Assembly (NCBI GenBank): GCA_000004985.1
Contig: GG738858.1
Source: Naegleria gruberi
Lineage: Eukaryota
Strand: one strand, 5' to 3'
DNA: 64,000 nucleotides
Shown: piece by piece, positions 32,108 to 43,075 of the stretch
How the letters are laid out: each line of letters opens with the position of its first letter
Numbering within the stretch: the first letter of the stretch is position 1
The notes under the pieces: generated by a model
Databases searched by the model: none
The model's input: the letters and a program-made list of their open reading frames with translations, nothing else
Told to the model about the DNA's origin: nothing
Program-made: the position numbers and the translations under genes

Positions 32108-32920
32108 CTAATCACCAGTAACAGTAATTTTCAAACCTTCAACTACCGTATTTGAAAATGCCTTGTTAAACACCTGTTCACTTTCTTGCTTTTCCTTATC
32201 TGAGCATGCATATCCATCATAGTCCAAATTTTTCAAAACTAGAGAAATTTTCGTAATGTGATTGCAATTGACCGACTCGAACTGTATAGAAATTTCCCAC
32301 TCAAATTTATACTTGCAAATGAGTGATGACTTGTCTTCTGAAATACTATACACTTGTTCAATACGTCTCTGAGTAATCACAGGTGTTTTGTTATCCTTTC
32401 CAGTGTGAAAATCCAAGAACTATTATTCAGTTGGCCTCTAATTTTGAAATAAATAAAAAAAACATACCCACATTCCTCTACAATCTTTAAATTCAATTCC
32501 ATGAGCTTTCAAACACTCTCTCACATGAAACAAGACAGCAATAACAGGACTCTGATTACAACACTTTAACAATTTGATAATTGGATGATTTTCACCATAA
32601 TATTTCAATAAATACTTGTCAAATGTCGTTGGAATATTTGTATTCACTTCAGAGTCGAATATATCTTGAGTGGCAGATACTTGTTCTAAACCCATCTCAC
32701 CTAACAATGCACCCATCAATTCAAACAAGACAATATTAATTTTATCTTTGGCCTTGTCAGCTGTAAAGTTTCTTTCTGTCATTTGTTGTGAATTAAAACG
32801 AAATAATGTAAATTTACGTGCTAGACGTGGAATATCCTTCGAAACTGGTAGAGTTTCAAGTTTATGTTGCGCGACTTTTGTCAGCTCGTCCACAACATTT
32901 GACATGTTAATATTGGCCAT
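32108..32920 (-). CDS. hypothetical protein, 2 exons (32468..32920, 32108..32419)
   Basis: Exon 1 starts at ATG 32920 (MANINMSNVVDELTK...) and ends DCRGMW, with donor GTATGT at 32467. A 48-nt intron follows. The acceptor AATAATAG| at 32420 is in frame with ORF 32108..32416 (FLDFHTGKDNK...). No domain recognised. Confidence 0.45.
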
Positions 32921-33377
32921 AGTTTTTGATATGAAAATAATTTCTAGAAAGAGGATGATGAAAAGGGTTGTTATTCTTGCTGCCACAGAACAATTTCCAA
33001 GTTGATGAGTTTGACCGTTGACAGCAATTTTTTTTTTAAAATTTTATTTTAATTTTTTTAATAGAACGACAGAAAACTGACAACTGCAACAAAGAAGAGT
33101 GATGGTTTTCCAAAATGGAGTTGATAAGGGAAGTCGTTGCCAAATTGTATTCTTCAGTTACCACCTTTCGAATACAAAAGAATACCATTGGAAGAAACTT
33201 GTTTTATTAGAAACCTGCCGGCAGTGATAAAGACGTTGGGTGATAATGAATTTAATTTTATTGAATTTTATTGAATCAACAATTTCTATATTTCTAATGT
33301 TTTGGACATTCTATTTTCGATTTAACACTGAGGTTGATATTGTACTGATTGGTTCTTCATTTGGTCAAAGGATAAGA

Positions 33378-33448
33378 AGGGAGATAGTTCAGTGGTAGAA
33401 CATGGGATTGTGGTTCCTAAGATCAGGGTTCGATTCCCTGTCTTCCTA
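33378..33448 (+). tRNA. tRNA-His (anticodon GTG)
   Basis: AGGGAGA-TA-GTTC-AGTGGTA-GAAC-A-TGGGA-TTGTGGT-TCCTA-AGAT-CAGGG-TTCGATT-CCCTG-TCTTCCT-A. The acceptor pairs 7/7 counting one G-T wobble. The anticodon loop TTGTGGT gives GUG. A T-run terminator follows. Confidence 0.65.
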
Positions 33449-33531
33449 CACCTTTTATTTTATTTTTTACCCAATAAGAATATCTGGTATTTTATAATTC
33501 TTGTTCGATTTTTTTAATAAGAACATCGTAA

Positions 33532-33603
33532 AGCAAATTGGCGCAGCGGAAGCGCGATGGGCTCATAACCCATAGGTCCTAGGATCGAAACCTAGATTTG
33601 CTA
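33532..33603 (+). tRNA. initiator tRNA-Met (anticodon CAT)
   Basis: AGCAAATTGGCGCAGCGGAAGCGCGATGGGCTCATAACCCATAGGTCCTAGGATCGAAACCTAGATTTGCTA is near-identical in pattern to eukaryotic tRNAi-Met (AGCAGAGTGGCGCAGCGGAAGCGTGCTGGGCCCATAACCCAGAGGTCGATGGATCGAAACC...). It includes the initiator-specific A54/A60 T-loop ATCGAAA. A T6 terminator follows. Confidence 0.8.
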
Positions 33604-33791
33604 TGTCTTTTTTATTCCCCTTTCCATTAATTTTGGCAATTATACATTTATCCAAAATATTTCTTTTTTGATCAAAATCCAAGAAACGCGTACTGGATTC
33701 GGCTCATTCTACTTCAAGTTGACCACCTTGACATTCATACAAAAAATTAGCCACAAATCACCACAAATTTTCCAATCTCATTCACAACATC

Positions 33792-36773
33792 ATGGGTTCA
33801 AGTGTTTCGGATTCTAGAAATGACAAGAGTGCACTTCAAAAAGCGTATCAAGAAGAAGCAAATGATGAAGAGGACGATGGTTCTGATCAATACCCTATTG
33901 ATGAATTATCTAAAACTGCAGTTGATCAACAACAACTGGAAGGTGGCCGAAACCTGTCGAATTATTTTTCTGAATTTGAAATTGTTTCTTCACAAAAATT
34001 CAAAAACAAAAAGCAGTACACTTTTCGATATAGGATTATTCAGAAAAGTGATCAGATTGGGTGTCTAGGAAGTGCATTCAAGTGTACAGAAAGCATTGTT
34101 GGATTTTCACCAAATCGAGAACGAGTTGTGATTGTGAAAAAATTAAAATATTTACCAGATTTACATCATTCGATGGATTTGATTGGAAACATGTTGGAAG
34201 AAAGTTTGGAAATGCATTATTGGCATATGGGGAGAGTTTTAAATTGTTTCAAAATTGAGAATAATAATGCGCAGGATTGGTTTTTAGTGTCAGAATATTA
34301 TCCTTTGGGAAATTTGACAGATTTGAGAAAGTCAATGAGTGAAGTTTCGATTTCTTTAATGTTACAACTTGTTTATCAAGCAGTAATGGCTATTAGATAT
34401 TTAAATTCCAGAAATTTGGTTCATAGAAATATCAAAATGGAAAATATTCATGTCAGATATTTTACAAATGACAGATTGACAATTATTTTGGGAGATTTAG
34501 GAACGTTATGTCAATTGAATGGAGATTCTATGGAAATTCCGCTCACCAGTGTTTCAACCTTTGAAGATTCTGACAAACTCATAGACAATTCCATAATAGG
34601 AACTTTAGGATATCGAGATCCTTTATCCATTAACAAACGAAGAATTCACATCAAATCTGACATTTGGAGTTTGGGAATAACCTTACTGAAATTCCTATTC
34701 TTTACAGATCTCCCAGCAACTGTCAATTTGGAAGAAGATTCTCAAGAAAATATTGAAGAATTATTGGATTATTTATTTTCTCCATTGGAAATCAAAGATC
34801 ATGCTTGGGCTTCTGTAAAACAGTTGATTTCTGGCATGTTGAGGATTAATATTTATGAAAGATATGGAACGAATAGAATTTTGACTGATATTTTTGATAT
34901 TGAACAAGTTTCGAATGTCGAAAATTTGGATTCGAATTACTTTTTACTGAAACAAGTATTCAAGAATCATGAATCAGTAATTTCGACTCTTTTATCTCAA
35001 AATGGAATGATGCTACCACACATGCCAGATTCTATTCGAAGGAATAAGAAATTTGTAATGATTGCAATTCAGAACAATCCATTTTCATACGAATTCATAT
35101 CTGAAACCTTAAAGAATGATTCTGAAATAATGATCAGCACTTATTTGAAAGATAGCAGAACAAAATACTTATTTACAAGGAAATTTACTGAACAGGAGGA
35201 GAAACAATTAAAGATTCGAGCAATTCCACTTGAAAGAAACTTATCTGAAAGTGAACGAAACGATTTTACTTTCATTTCGAATCTAGTTACCAAGGATGGA
35301 AGATATTTGGCACTGGCATCACCAAAACTGAGAAGCAACTTTGAAATTGTCAAGAAAAGTCTACTTTCGAATGGTTTAGCCCTCGAATTTGTTTCCCCAG
35401 AATTGAGAAAGGTCAAGGAATTTATGGAAATTGCAATTGACCAAAATCCACTTTCTCTTGCCTTTGTTGATTATTCATACAAGAATAGCTTTGAGATTGT
35501 CAAGAAGGCAGTTCAGCAAAATGGACTAGCTCTGGAATTTGCATCAAATCAACTCAAGCTTAATAAGGAAATTGTCAAAATTGCTGTCAGTCAAAATTGT
35601 AAGAGTTTGGCATTTGTTCCAAGTGCTCTGATTAGCAATGATCCAGAATTATTATGTTCTCTCCTTTCTTATGATTCAGATTCTATAGAAGAATATGAAA
35701 AACATTGGATTGCGACATTTGACATTTTCAATTGGATTATTTCACAATTCAGAAACAATACCAAATCGACATTCTTCAAAAATTCAAACCTCCTAACAAT
35801 GTATTGCATCTTGGAAGAGAACGACCTCATCCAAGTTGATCCTAAAATTCTATTCGAAATGTATGTCGAATCTTCCAACAAGAAACAAATTTATTCACTT
35901 TACAAAATGGGAATTTTATATTTCCATGGAGAAGATTTAATGGGAATTGAGAGGAATTTGGAAATGGCAGTTCAATATTTTGAACAAGCAGCTCAACTGG
36001 GATTAATTGATGCCTACATGTCACTTTATTCAATATATTCGAGTGATGACCAAGATGTCAAAAAGGCAGTTCAGTATTTGACAAGTGCTGCAACGAAGGG
36101 AAATGCTCAAGCTCAATGGAATCTTTGCGAATTGTATGCAAAGGGAGAGGGCGTTCCAAAAAGTAGTGAACTGTCAATGAAATGGATGAAAAAATCAGCT
36201 CAGAATGGAAATGTTGAAGCACAGCTGTCACTTGCCAATTATTATGAACAGGATGCCACTAAGGATGTTATACTAAGCTTTGAGTGGTGTCTGTTAGCTG
36301 CTGATCAAGGATTTCCCGAAGCACAATTTCAGTTAGGTGAAAAACTAATGAATGGAATTGGATGTCAACAAAATGTGTCACTTGCCATTCAACATTTTGA
36401 AAAAGCAGTTAAAGAAGGACATGTCCTCTCAATGCTCAATCTCGGTCTCATTTATTTCCAATCATCAACTTTACAAAATCATGAAAAATCTTTAAAATTC
36501 CTTTTACTAGCTGCCGAAAATGGAAATATCGATGCTCAACACAATATTGGATACTTTTTCGCATCTAAGAATGAATTTGAGAAGGCCTTTACATGGTACA
36601 TGAAATCTCATCTTGCCAATCATCCAAATTCATTCTCTGAAATTTCACAAATGATTTTACGAAATGAATTGAAATTCAAAAAAGTTTCTGGATTTATTGC
36701 CAAGGAAGCAATGAATGGAAATGAACAAGCAATTAAATTATTGCAAGAATTGAAAGAAAGAGGTGAGGAATGA
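33792..36773 (+). CDS. protein-kinase-like domain + C-terminal Sel1/TPR-like repeat array. A probable pseudokinase, with an N-terminal MGSS myristoylation-type start
   Basis: The kinase fold appears at residues ~70-370: VVIVKKL, LVHRNIKMENIHV (HRN instead of HRD), ILGDLGTL (GDLG instead of DFG), IWSLGITLL. The C-terminus has about 8 Sel1-like repeats, for example GNAQAQWNLCELYAKGEGVPKSSELSMKWMKKSAQNGNVEAQLSLANYY. Confidence 0.7.
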   Translation: MGSSVSDSRNDKSALQKAYQEEANDEEDDGSDQYPIDELSKTAVDQQQLEGGRNLSNYFSEFEIVSSQKFKNKKQYTFRYRIIQKSDQIGCLGSAFKCTESIVGFSPNRERVVIVKKLKYLPDLHHSMDLIGNMLEESLEMHYWHMGRVLNCFKIENNNAQDWFLVSEYYPLGNLTDLRKSMSEVSISLMLQLVYQAVMAIRYLNSRNLVHRNIKMENIHVRYFTNDRLTIILGDLGTLCQLNGDSMEIPLTSVSTFEDSDKLIDNSIIGTLGYRDPLSINKRRIHIKSDIWSLGITLLKFLFFTDLPATVNLEEDSQENIEELLDYLFSPLEIKDHAWASVKQLISGMLRINIYERYGTNRILTDIFDIEQVSNVENLDSNYFLLKQVFKNHESVISTLLSQNGMMLPHMPDSIRRNKKFVMIAIQNNPFSYEFISETLKNDSEIMISTYLKDSRTKYLFTRKFTEQEEKQLKIRAIPLERNLSESERNDFTFISNLVTKDGRYLALASPKLRSNFEIVKKSLLSNGLALEFVSPELRKVKEFMEIAIDQNPLSLAFVDYSYKNSFEIVKKAVQQNGLALEFASNQLKLNKEIVKIAVSQNCKSLAFVPSALISNDPELLCSLLSYDSDSIEEYEKHWIATFDIFNWIISQFRNNTKSTFFKNSNLLTMYCILEENDLIQVDPKILFEMYVESSNKKQIYSLYKMGILYFHGEDLMGIERNLEMAVQYFEQAAQLGLIDAYMSLYSIYSSDDQDVKKAVQYLTSAATKGNAQAQWNLCELYAKGEGVPKSSELSMKWMKKSAQNGNVEAQLSLANYYEQDATKDVILSFEWCLLAADQGFPEAQFQLGEKLMNGIGCQQNVSLAIQHFEKAVKEGHVLSMLNLGLIYFQSSTLQNHEKSLKFLLLAAENGNIDAQHNIGYFFASKNEFEKAFTWYMKSHLANHPNSFSEISQMILRNELKFKKVSGFIAKEAMNGNEQAIKLLQELKERGEE

Positions 36774-37179
36774 ATCTGCCACAAGTCATTTCCAATTTAG
36801 CAAGTTGGAAAATGAAAGATTTTTAATATCATTAGCAATATTGCTATTTTAATGCAAAATTAAACGTTGCTATTCATTTTCTCAATAAATTTATACGAAA
36901 TCGAATACATTTGTCTCAACTTTAATTGTAAAACATCAATTTTCAAAGTTTCATTAAGAAAACTTCGTTAAAACTAAAAAACGACCTTGCTCTCTGCTGA
37001 AGTAAATTTTCTGTTGAGTTCGGGTGATTAAATTTTCTGAATTGCATGCTGCCCATCCTAATTAATATCGAGCATGTGTCAAAAGTCAAGAATTCAGCGA
37101 AAGGTTAATGAAAAGTTTGATGGAAATACGAGAAAGGTAGGATACTCAAGATTCAATTTACGATATCATATTAAAAAAA

Positions 37180-40100
37180 ATGACTCGATTATTACTCACG
37201 ACAGTTGTCATTTGTATTTCAATTTTGTTAGCCCTGACAGGATATATCAGTGCCGCGGTTACATGCAATGGTGTAGATCAGACAGATCCTTCAACCTGCA
37301 GTGGTCATGGTCTATGTAAAAGCAACAATAATTGCGCATGTCTTGACATGTCACCTGCCAATACATTAATTTCACAAACTGGAGGATACAATGGCATTCC
37401 AACAACATTAAATACCTCACGAACGCTAACTTCATCAAATGGTCAATATCAAGCATCATTAGATCCATCAACAGGTCGTTTACAAGTCCAAGATGTCACC
37501 AACTCGACCATCGTTTATCAAAGTGCAACTTTATTATCAGCAGCTTTATTTGCACCTTTTGAATTAAGATTATTTGTACCTTCATCTACTACCTGTCAAA
37601 TATCAATTTATGGAAATAATGTATTAGGTTTGACATTGACAGGTACAGTAAGTGCAATTTTGCCATGCAGATTGGTCATGAGAAATAATGGAGAATTAGT
37701 AATGTACAGTTCCGCTGGGTTTGTTTGGTGGACAACAAATCCATCACTGTCAACTGGCACTGAAGATTTAATTTATCAAGGTGTCAATTGCGCTTCACCA
37801 ACTTGTTATGGAATTTTGGCAGAATCTCCAAATGTTTGTTCTGGAAATGGAACTTGCACCTTTACTAATTCATGTTCTTGTAAAAGTGGACATTTCGGAG
37901 ATTTATGTGATGCTTTTAAATGTTTTGGAAATTTGGCAAATGACACGTTGAATGTTTGTTCAGGAAATGGAAATTGCATTTCTCCAAATGTTTGTTCGTG
38001 TAATTCTGGATTTTATGGACCTAATTGTGATTTAATCAAGTGTTTTGATGTGCTCAGTAATGAAACATCGAGTGTTTGTTCTGGACATGGAATTTGTTCG
38101 AGTACTGACAATTGCACTTGTGCAAACGGTTATTTGGGGAGTAAATGTAATCAGTTCGAGTGCTTTGGAATTTCAAATTCAGTAACTTCAGGACTCCAAT
38201 TGCCATGCTCTGGAAATGGAACATGTACTGGAATAGATCAGTGTGTATGTCAATCTGGATTTATTGGAAATGAATGTGAAACATTTAAATGTTCTAATTT
38301 TCTCAAGAATGACACTTTGAATGTTTGCTCTGGTAATGGATCATGTATTGCTCCTAATCAGTGTTCATGTCAATCTGGATTTTTCGGTTCGACATGTGAA
38401 GCTTTCAAATGTGGAAATGCATTATTCAATTCGAGTTCAGTATGTTCTGGAAATGGATTTTGTAATGCTCCAGATCAGTGCATTTGTAAGAATGGTTATT
38501 CTGGATCATTGTGTGATAAATTCACTTGCTTTGGAATTGCCAATGATTTAACAAGTGGTGGTCCATTAGCAGTTTGTTCTGGAAATGGAACATGTTCTGC
38601 GTTGGACAAGTGCATTTGTAATTCTGGATTTTTGGGTGACAGCTGTGACACTTTCAAATGTTTTAACAAGTTGAAGAATGATAGTTTGGTTTGTTCTGGT
38701 AAGGGAAGTTGCATTCTTCCAGAAACTTGTTCATGTTCGTTGGGATATGAAGGATTGAATTGTGACGGTTTCAAATGTTTTAACAAATTGAAAAATGATA
38801 GTTCAGTATGTTCAGGAAATGGATTATGTACTGATATTAATCAATGCTCGTGTAAGAATAATTGGTTAGGTCTTGATTGTTCTGTCACTTCTTGCTTTAA
38901 TTTACTGTCAAATGACACAACTGTTTGTTCTTCGAAAGGAAGTTGCGTTGGATTTAATCAATGCTCATGTCAATCTGGATATTTTGGTAGTCTATGTGAT
39001 GTTAAGAAATGCTTCTCCTACCTGTCAAATGAAACTTCACTTGTCTGTAATGGACAAGGAACATGTACTGATCTTGACACTTGTTCCTGTAACTCTGGAT
39101 TCCTTTCGAATGACTGTAGTGTCAATACGAATCCATTTTCCATTTCTTTGAACGTTTCTTCACTTTCCATTTATCAAGCTACTTCTTGGAATAGTGTGAA
39201 AATTTCCCTGTCAGAAGTTTTAAATGTCAATTTAATTAATTTCAATTGGTATTGCTTGGATTGTGTCACCAGGACAAGTTCTAATCTCCAGAAGGGACTT
39301 GTGAGTTCTTCACAAATTTTACAATTTAGAACTTCAGATTTAGTGGCAGGAACTTTTACATTTATTGCAAATGCAACATTTTCGAATATTTCACCATATC
39401 CAAAACGGGTTTCGAATAGTGTTTCATTTAAATTGACTGTATTGGATATTAATGTTCCTACTTTGGATGTTTTTGGACTTCCTTCAGTAATTATTTCAAA
39501 AATTGATCAACCAATTTCTAGTATAGTTTCTAGCATGACTTTAAATCAAACTTTGATTCAAAGTTTTATTGGAAAGTGTTCGAATGTTAGCTGTTCAACG
39601 CAGGTCACTTATTCTTGGACTATTTCATCTGCCGATAATACATTCAAGGCATCTTCTGATGGAATTACTAATATTCTCAACTTGGTTGATTCTACTATTA
39701 CAATTTCACCTCCAATTCAATTGACCACAAATTTATTGTCACTACTCAATAGTACTTTGACATTTTCTTTGAGTATTGTCAATCCATTACTGAAATCATT
39801 AACTTCATTGATCCAAATCCCAATTGTCTCTCCAGCTTTACCACCAACAGTTAATATTCCTGGATGGACAAGTGACGTTTACGGAGCTAACACGACCATT
39901 TCAAATGTCATGAGAGTTAGCCCAAGTCAAGGTATTTCACTCACTAATTTATTCACTATAACTATTGAATCATGGAGTGCTGATTCTAGACTCCTTCCTC
40001 TCAAGTATGCTGTTGGATTTTATGATAAAAAGACGAGTAAGCCAATTAGAGTAACTGAATATTCGAATCAAACCGAAATTTCAATTTATTTACCTTATAT

Positions 40101-42939
40101 GAAGTCATCTAGTTCAAAGAGATCTATTACTGCTGATTTGGAGAGTGTTGAATTGGTTGTGTTTATTATGGATGTGATTGGAAATATCGATTTCAGAAAG
40201 TCAGCAACTGTCTACCTGTCACCTTTTAGTGGAACAGCTACTCAATTGACAGAAAAGATTAATTCATTGACAGGATATGCAATTACTGTTGCCTCCTATG
40301 ATCAATCCTTGTCATTATTGAGTAGTACAGTTAGTGATTTAACTCTCAGTCTGATTAAGAACATTACAATTGATCCAAAATTCCCAACAGCTGCTCTTAA
40401 TAGTTTACAATCTTTGACAGCTGATGTCAATTCATTGACAAGAGAAATTGTTATTGAGGTGAATAGCAAATTGAATGGATTTATTACATCTGTGAATGGC
40501 AGCTATGCTGATGATAAGAAGAATTACGGATTTGTCAAGAGCAAACTAGCAAATTCTGATGTGACTTTGACAGTTTCTGTCAGTTCTAATTTATTGCAAA
40601 GTGTATTCGAAAGTGAAGGTACCAAGAATGTTGTCAATCAATTGGTTTCTACTATTTTATTTGGAGAAATCGCTAACATGATTCAATCAAGTCAAAAAAC
40701 ACTTAGTTCAGTTTCGTATAGTTCCAATCTAATTGACTTTGCAGTTTCCAGCTTTATATTGTCCAATCAAGTGAAATCGAATCAAACTCAATCTATCCTT
40801 ATGGGTAACTACACCAGTGTCTCTATGAATATTTCAAATATCATGAGTCAATATAATGCATTCTCAAAAGATTGTGGAATTTCTCTAATTGTCTATTCCA
40901 AGAATACTAACTTTGACAATTCTACTAACAAATTGAAACTTGTTTCAAGTGTTAACGATTTCAAGTTCAGCGTTGATTCATCTGTTGTGCCTCTCTCAGA
41001 TTTGACTCAACCAATTATTCTTCAATTTGAGCTTGTGGACGAATTGACTACAATTTTAGAATCTTTGAAAAATGAAACTCTGAATGTAACTCAAAATGAT
41101 CCAACTCAATCCCTCTCAACCAATGAACAAAAGTATTTGTGTAAATATTGGGACGAATCAAGTCAATTGTGGAGTTCTAAAGGATGTTCCTTCAAGAGTG
41201 TGAATTTACAATCCAAAACAATTGAATGTTCATGTGTTCACACAACCATGTTTACAACATTCATTGAACAGAACAGTACATTTATCAGTAATCTTAAAGA
41301 TCAAGTATCAGCTCTCTATTCAGTCCAAATAGCTTTTGGCATCATCTATGCAAGTGTTGCTACTGTAATTTTAATTGGATTAATTGCATTCAGAAAGGAA
41401 CAACCAGTTTCCTCCAGATTAATGACTCCATATTTTGGAATGGTTGCCTTGATCGCAGAAAGTGTTTTGATTTACATTATTCAGAGAAGTATTTTGGCTG
41501 ATCAATTGTTGAATTCTTCACCATCTGTATGGGAAACTGGTGATACAGCTGCTAATATTATTGCCAATGTAGTTGCTATCGTTGTCAATACTTTGAATTT
41601 GACAGCTATTTTGAGCTATGTCATTCAAGTGACAAGATTCCAATTAATGAAATACTTGTATCAAATCTTGTCTTCCAGTAGAGGAAATGAACAAAAGAGT
41701 GAACATACAATTAATGTTATCAGATTTTTGACAGCTCCAAGTTTGTCAAATTCAATTCTTTCAGCATTTGCTGGTGTGAATGTAATTTATTGGTTATTGT
41801 GGGTAATTTTGAGAAGAACCAATGCAATTGAACCAGCCACCTATACTTACATTGTTTCCATTTCGTATACAGTGTGCATTCTTGTATTCAGTGTCTTGAT
41901 TACTATTGTGGCTGTTTTAGATTTTATTGGCTCTACAAAGAAACATTTGGACATGAATACAAAGAGAAGAACAGCTATGGATCACTTAGTTGAGAATCCA
42001 AGCTCTAGTTTCAAGAAGGATAAGAAGAAATTCGTTGGAAATCCAGCCAAAATTTTCAGAGATTGGCTTATTACATTGGACGGTCCTCTCTACTTTAGAA
42101 TGGAAATGATCTTGTACATTATTTGCTTTATTTTCTTAGTTTTGAATCAAGGTATTGGATTGAGTAGTTTACCATACAGATATGAAAGTGTTGATTCATT
42201 TAGAAAAGCTCTCCTTTCTGATGGAATTTCGTTTATCTTTGAAGTTTTATATGTAGTGAGCTATATTTTCGTATTTGGTGGATATGCACTGATTATCACA
42301 CTCAAATACAAGTATCAAAAGTGGAAATATCAACAAGCACTCAAGGCAGCAGCTACAGAACCTCAAAATGAGGAAATTTGGATTGATGAGGCAGTTGATG
42401 AAATTCTCTCATCCCAAGAAGGAACAAGTCTATTCGAAACTTTTTGTGTCAAGGAATTCTCATGTGAAAATCTCTATCTCTATCAAGATTTACATGCCAA
42501 TAAGGAAATTATTGATGGAAACAATTTCAAGGACCTTCCAAGATTCATGTCCTTTGTTTTCCACAACTATGTCAAAGTGGGAGCTCCATCAGAAGTCAAC
42601 CTACCTTCCAGTAGTAGAAACTCATTCCTATTCCTCTTCAGATCAGCACTCTCTCAAAAAGAAACCTTCTCCTCCAGCCAACAAATTAAATTGGATTCGA
42701 ATCTGTTGCGAGATTTCGAAGCAGTAGAAAAGGAAATTCACACCGAAAATATTCCAATTGTCGAGTTGAATGCAACAAATATTAAGGATTGCTTTGAAAA
42801 TTTGGATAGAAATGTTTTGATTAATATTGGAGATACCTTCTCTCGATTTGTTTACACTCCGGAATATAAGATTTTTAAAAAGGCAAAGGAATTGCAAAAT
42901 GCAATGATTCAAAAGGCAAATATTGTGTATGGATTGTAA
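37180..42939 (+). CDS. giant receptor: signal peptide, ~15 EGF-like repeats, long S/T-rich extracellular stalk, GPS-like motif, 7TM domain, and C-terminal RGS domain
   Basis: ATG 37180 with signal peptide MTRLLLTTVVICISILLALTGYISA. The EGF-like repeats have the pattern CSGNG.C....C.C..G..G..C (about 37830-39125). The GPS-like motif CKYWDESSQLWSSKGCSF...CSCVHTTMFTTF lies immediately before the first TM helix. Seven hydrophobic helices follow. The RGS-box sequence FETFCVKEFSCENLYLYQDL...FHNYVKVGAPSEVNL is at the C-terminus. Single exon, 1919 aa. Confidence 0.75.
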   Translation: MTRLLLTTVVICISILLALTGYISAAVTCNGVDQTDPSTCSGHGLCKSNNNCACLDMSPANTLISQTGGYNGIPTTLNTSRTLTSSNGQYQASLDPSTGRLQVQDVTNSTIVYQSATLLSAALFAPFELRLFVPSSTTCQISIYGNNVLGLTLTGTVSAILPCRLVMRNNGELVMYSSAGFVWWTTNPSLSTGTEDLIYQGVNCASPTCYGILAESPNVCSGNGTCTFTNSCSCKSGHFGDLCDAFKCFGNLANDTLNVCSGNGNCISPNVCSCNSGFYGPNCDLIKCFDVLSNETSSVCSGHGICSSTDNCTCANGYLGSKCNQFECFGISNSVTSGLQLPCSGNGTCTGIDQCVCQSGFIGNECETFKCSNFLKNDTLNVCSGNGSCIAPNQCSCQSGFFGSTCEAFKCGNALFNSSSVCSGNGFCNAPDQCICKNGYSGSLCDKFTCFGIANDLTSGGPLAVCSGNGTCSALDKCICNSGFLGDSCDTFKCFNKLKNDSLVCSGKGSCILPETCSCSLGYEGLNCDGFKCFNKLKNDSSVCSGNGLCTDINQCSCKNNWLGLDCSVTSCFNLLSNDTTVCSSKGSCVGFNQCSCQSGYFGSLCDVKKCFSYLSNETSLVCNGQGTCTDLDTCSCNSGFLSNDCSVNTNPFSISLNVSSLSIYQATSWNSVKISLSEVLNVNLINFNWYCLDCVTRTSSNLQKGLVSSSQILQFRTSDLVAGTFTFIANATFSNISPYPKRVSNSVSFKLTVLDINVPTLDVFGLPSVIISKIDQPISSIVSSMTLNQTLIQSFIGKCSNVSCSTQVTYSWTISSADNTFKASSDGITNILNLVDSTITISPPIQLTTNLLSLLNSTLTFSLSIVNPLLKSLTSLIQIPIVSPALPPTVNIPGWTSDVYGANTTISNVMRVSPSQGISLTNLFTITIESWSADSRLLPLKYAVGFYDKKTSKPIRVTEYSNQTEISIYLPYMKSSSSKRSITADLESVELVVFIMDVIGNIDFRKSATVYLSPFSGTATQLTEKINSLTGYAITVASYDQSLSLLSSTVSDLTLSLIKNITIDPKFPTAALNSLQSLTADVNSLTREIVIEVNSKLNGFITSVNGSYADDKKNYGFVKSKLANSDVTLTVSVSSNLLQSVFESEGTKNVVNQLVSTILFGEIANMIQSSQKTLSSVSYSSNLIDFAVSSFILSNQVKSNQTQSILMGNYTSVSMNISNIMSQYNAFSKDCGISLIVYSKNTNFDNSTNKLKLVSSVNDFKFSVDSSVVPLSDLTQPIILQFELVDELTTILESLKNETLNVTQNDPTQSLSTNEQKYLCKYWDESSQLWSSKGCSFKSVNLQSKTIECSCVHTTMFTTFIEQNSTFISNLKDQVSALYSVQIAFGIIYASVATVILIGLIAFRKEQPVSSRLMTPYFGMVALIAESVLIYIIQRSILADQLLNSSPSVWETGDTAANIIANVVAIVVNTLNLTAILSYVIQVTRFQLMKYLYQILSSSRGNEQKSEHTINVIRFLTAPSLSNSILSAFAGVNVIYWLLWVILRRTNAIEPATYTYIVSISYTVCILVFSVLITIVAVLDFIGSTKKHLDMNTKRRTAMDHLVENPSSSFKKDKKKFVGNPAKIFRDWLITLDGPLYFRMEMILYIICFIFLVLNQGIGLSSLPYRYESVDSFRKALLSDGISFIFEVLYVVSYIFVFGGYALIITLKYKYQKWKYQQALKAAATEPQNEEIWIDEAVDEILSSQEGTSLFETFCVKEFSCENLYLYQDLHANKEIIDGNNFKDLPRFMSFVFHNYVKVGAPSEVNLPSSSRNSFLFLFRSALSQKETFSSSQQIKLDSNLLRDFEAVEKEIHTENIPIVELNATNIKDCFENLDRNVLINIGDTFSRFVYTPEYKIFKKAKELQNAMIQKANIVYGL
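37830..39125 (+). repeat. tandem array of EGF-like coding repeats (~120 nt units) within the 37180 gene
   Basis: Repeated tgttctgg(a/t)aatgga...tg(t/c)...tgt...tctggattt...tgtga units, visible at both the nucleotide and protein level. Confidence 0.7.
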
Positions 42940-43075
42940 ATAAACTAAATGAAACTAATCTCTTTAGAATGTGTTGAAATATGAGATGAAAATTATTCGA
43001 AATAAAAGATTGAAATACGTGTTTCTTACAAAATACGTCTATGATTTTTAAAATCAGAAAAATATTCAGTTTCGA

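Noticed and set aside
33230-33262. Short tandem duplication aattttattg aattttattg
   Set aside because: A two-unit simple repeat in intergenic AT-rich DNA, too short to be a meaningful feature.
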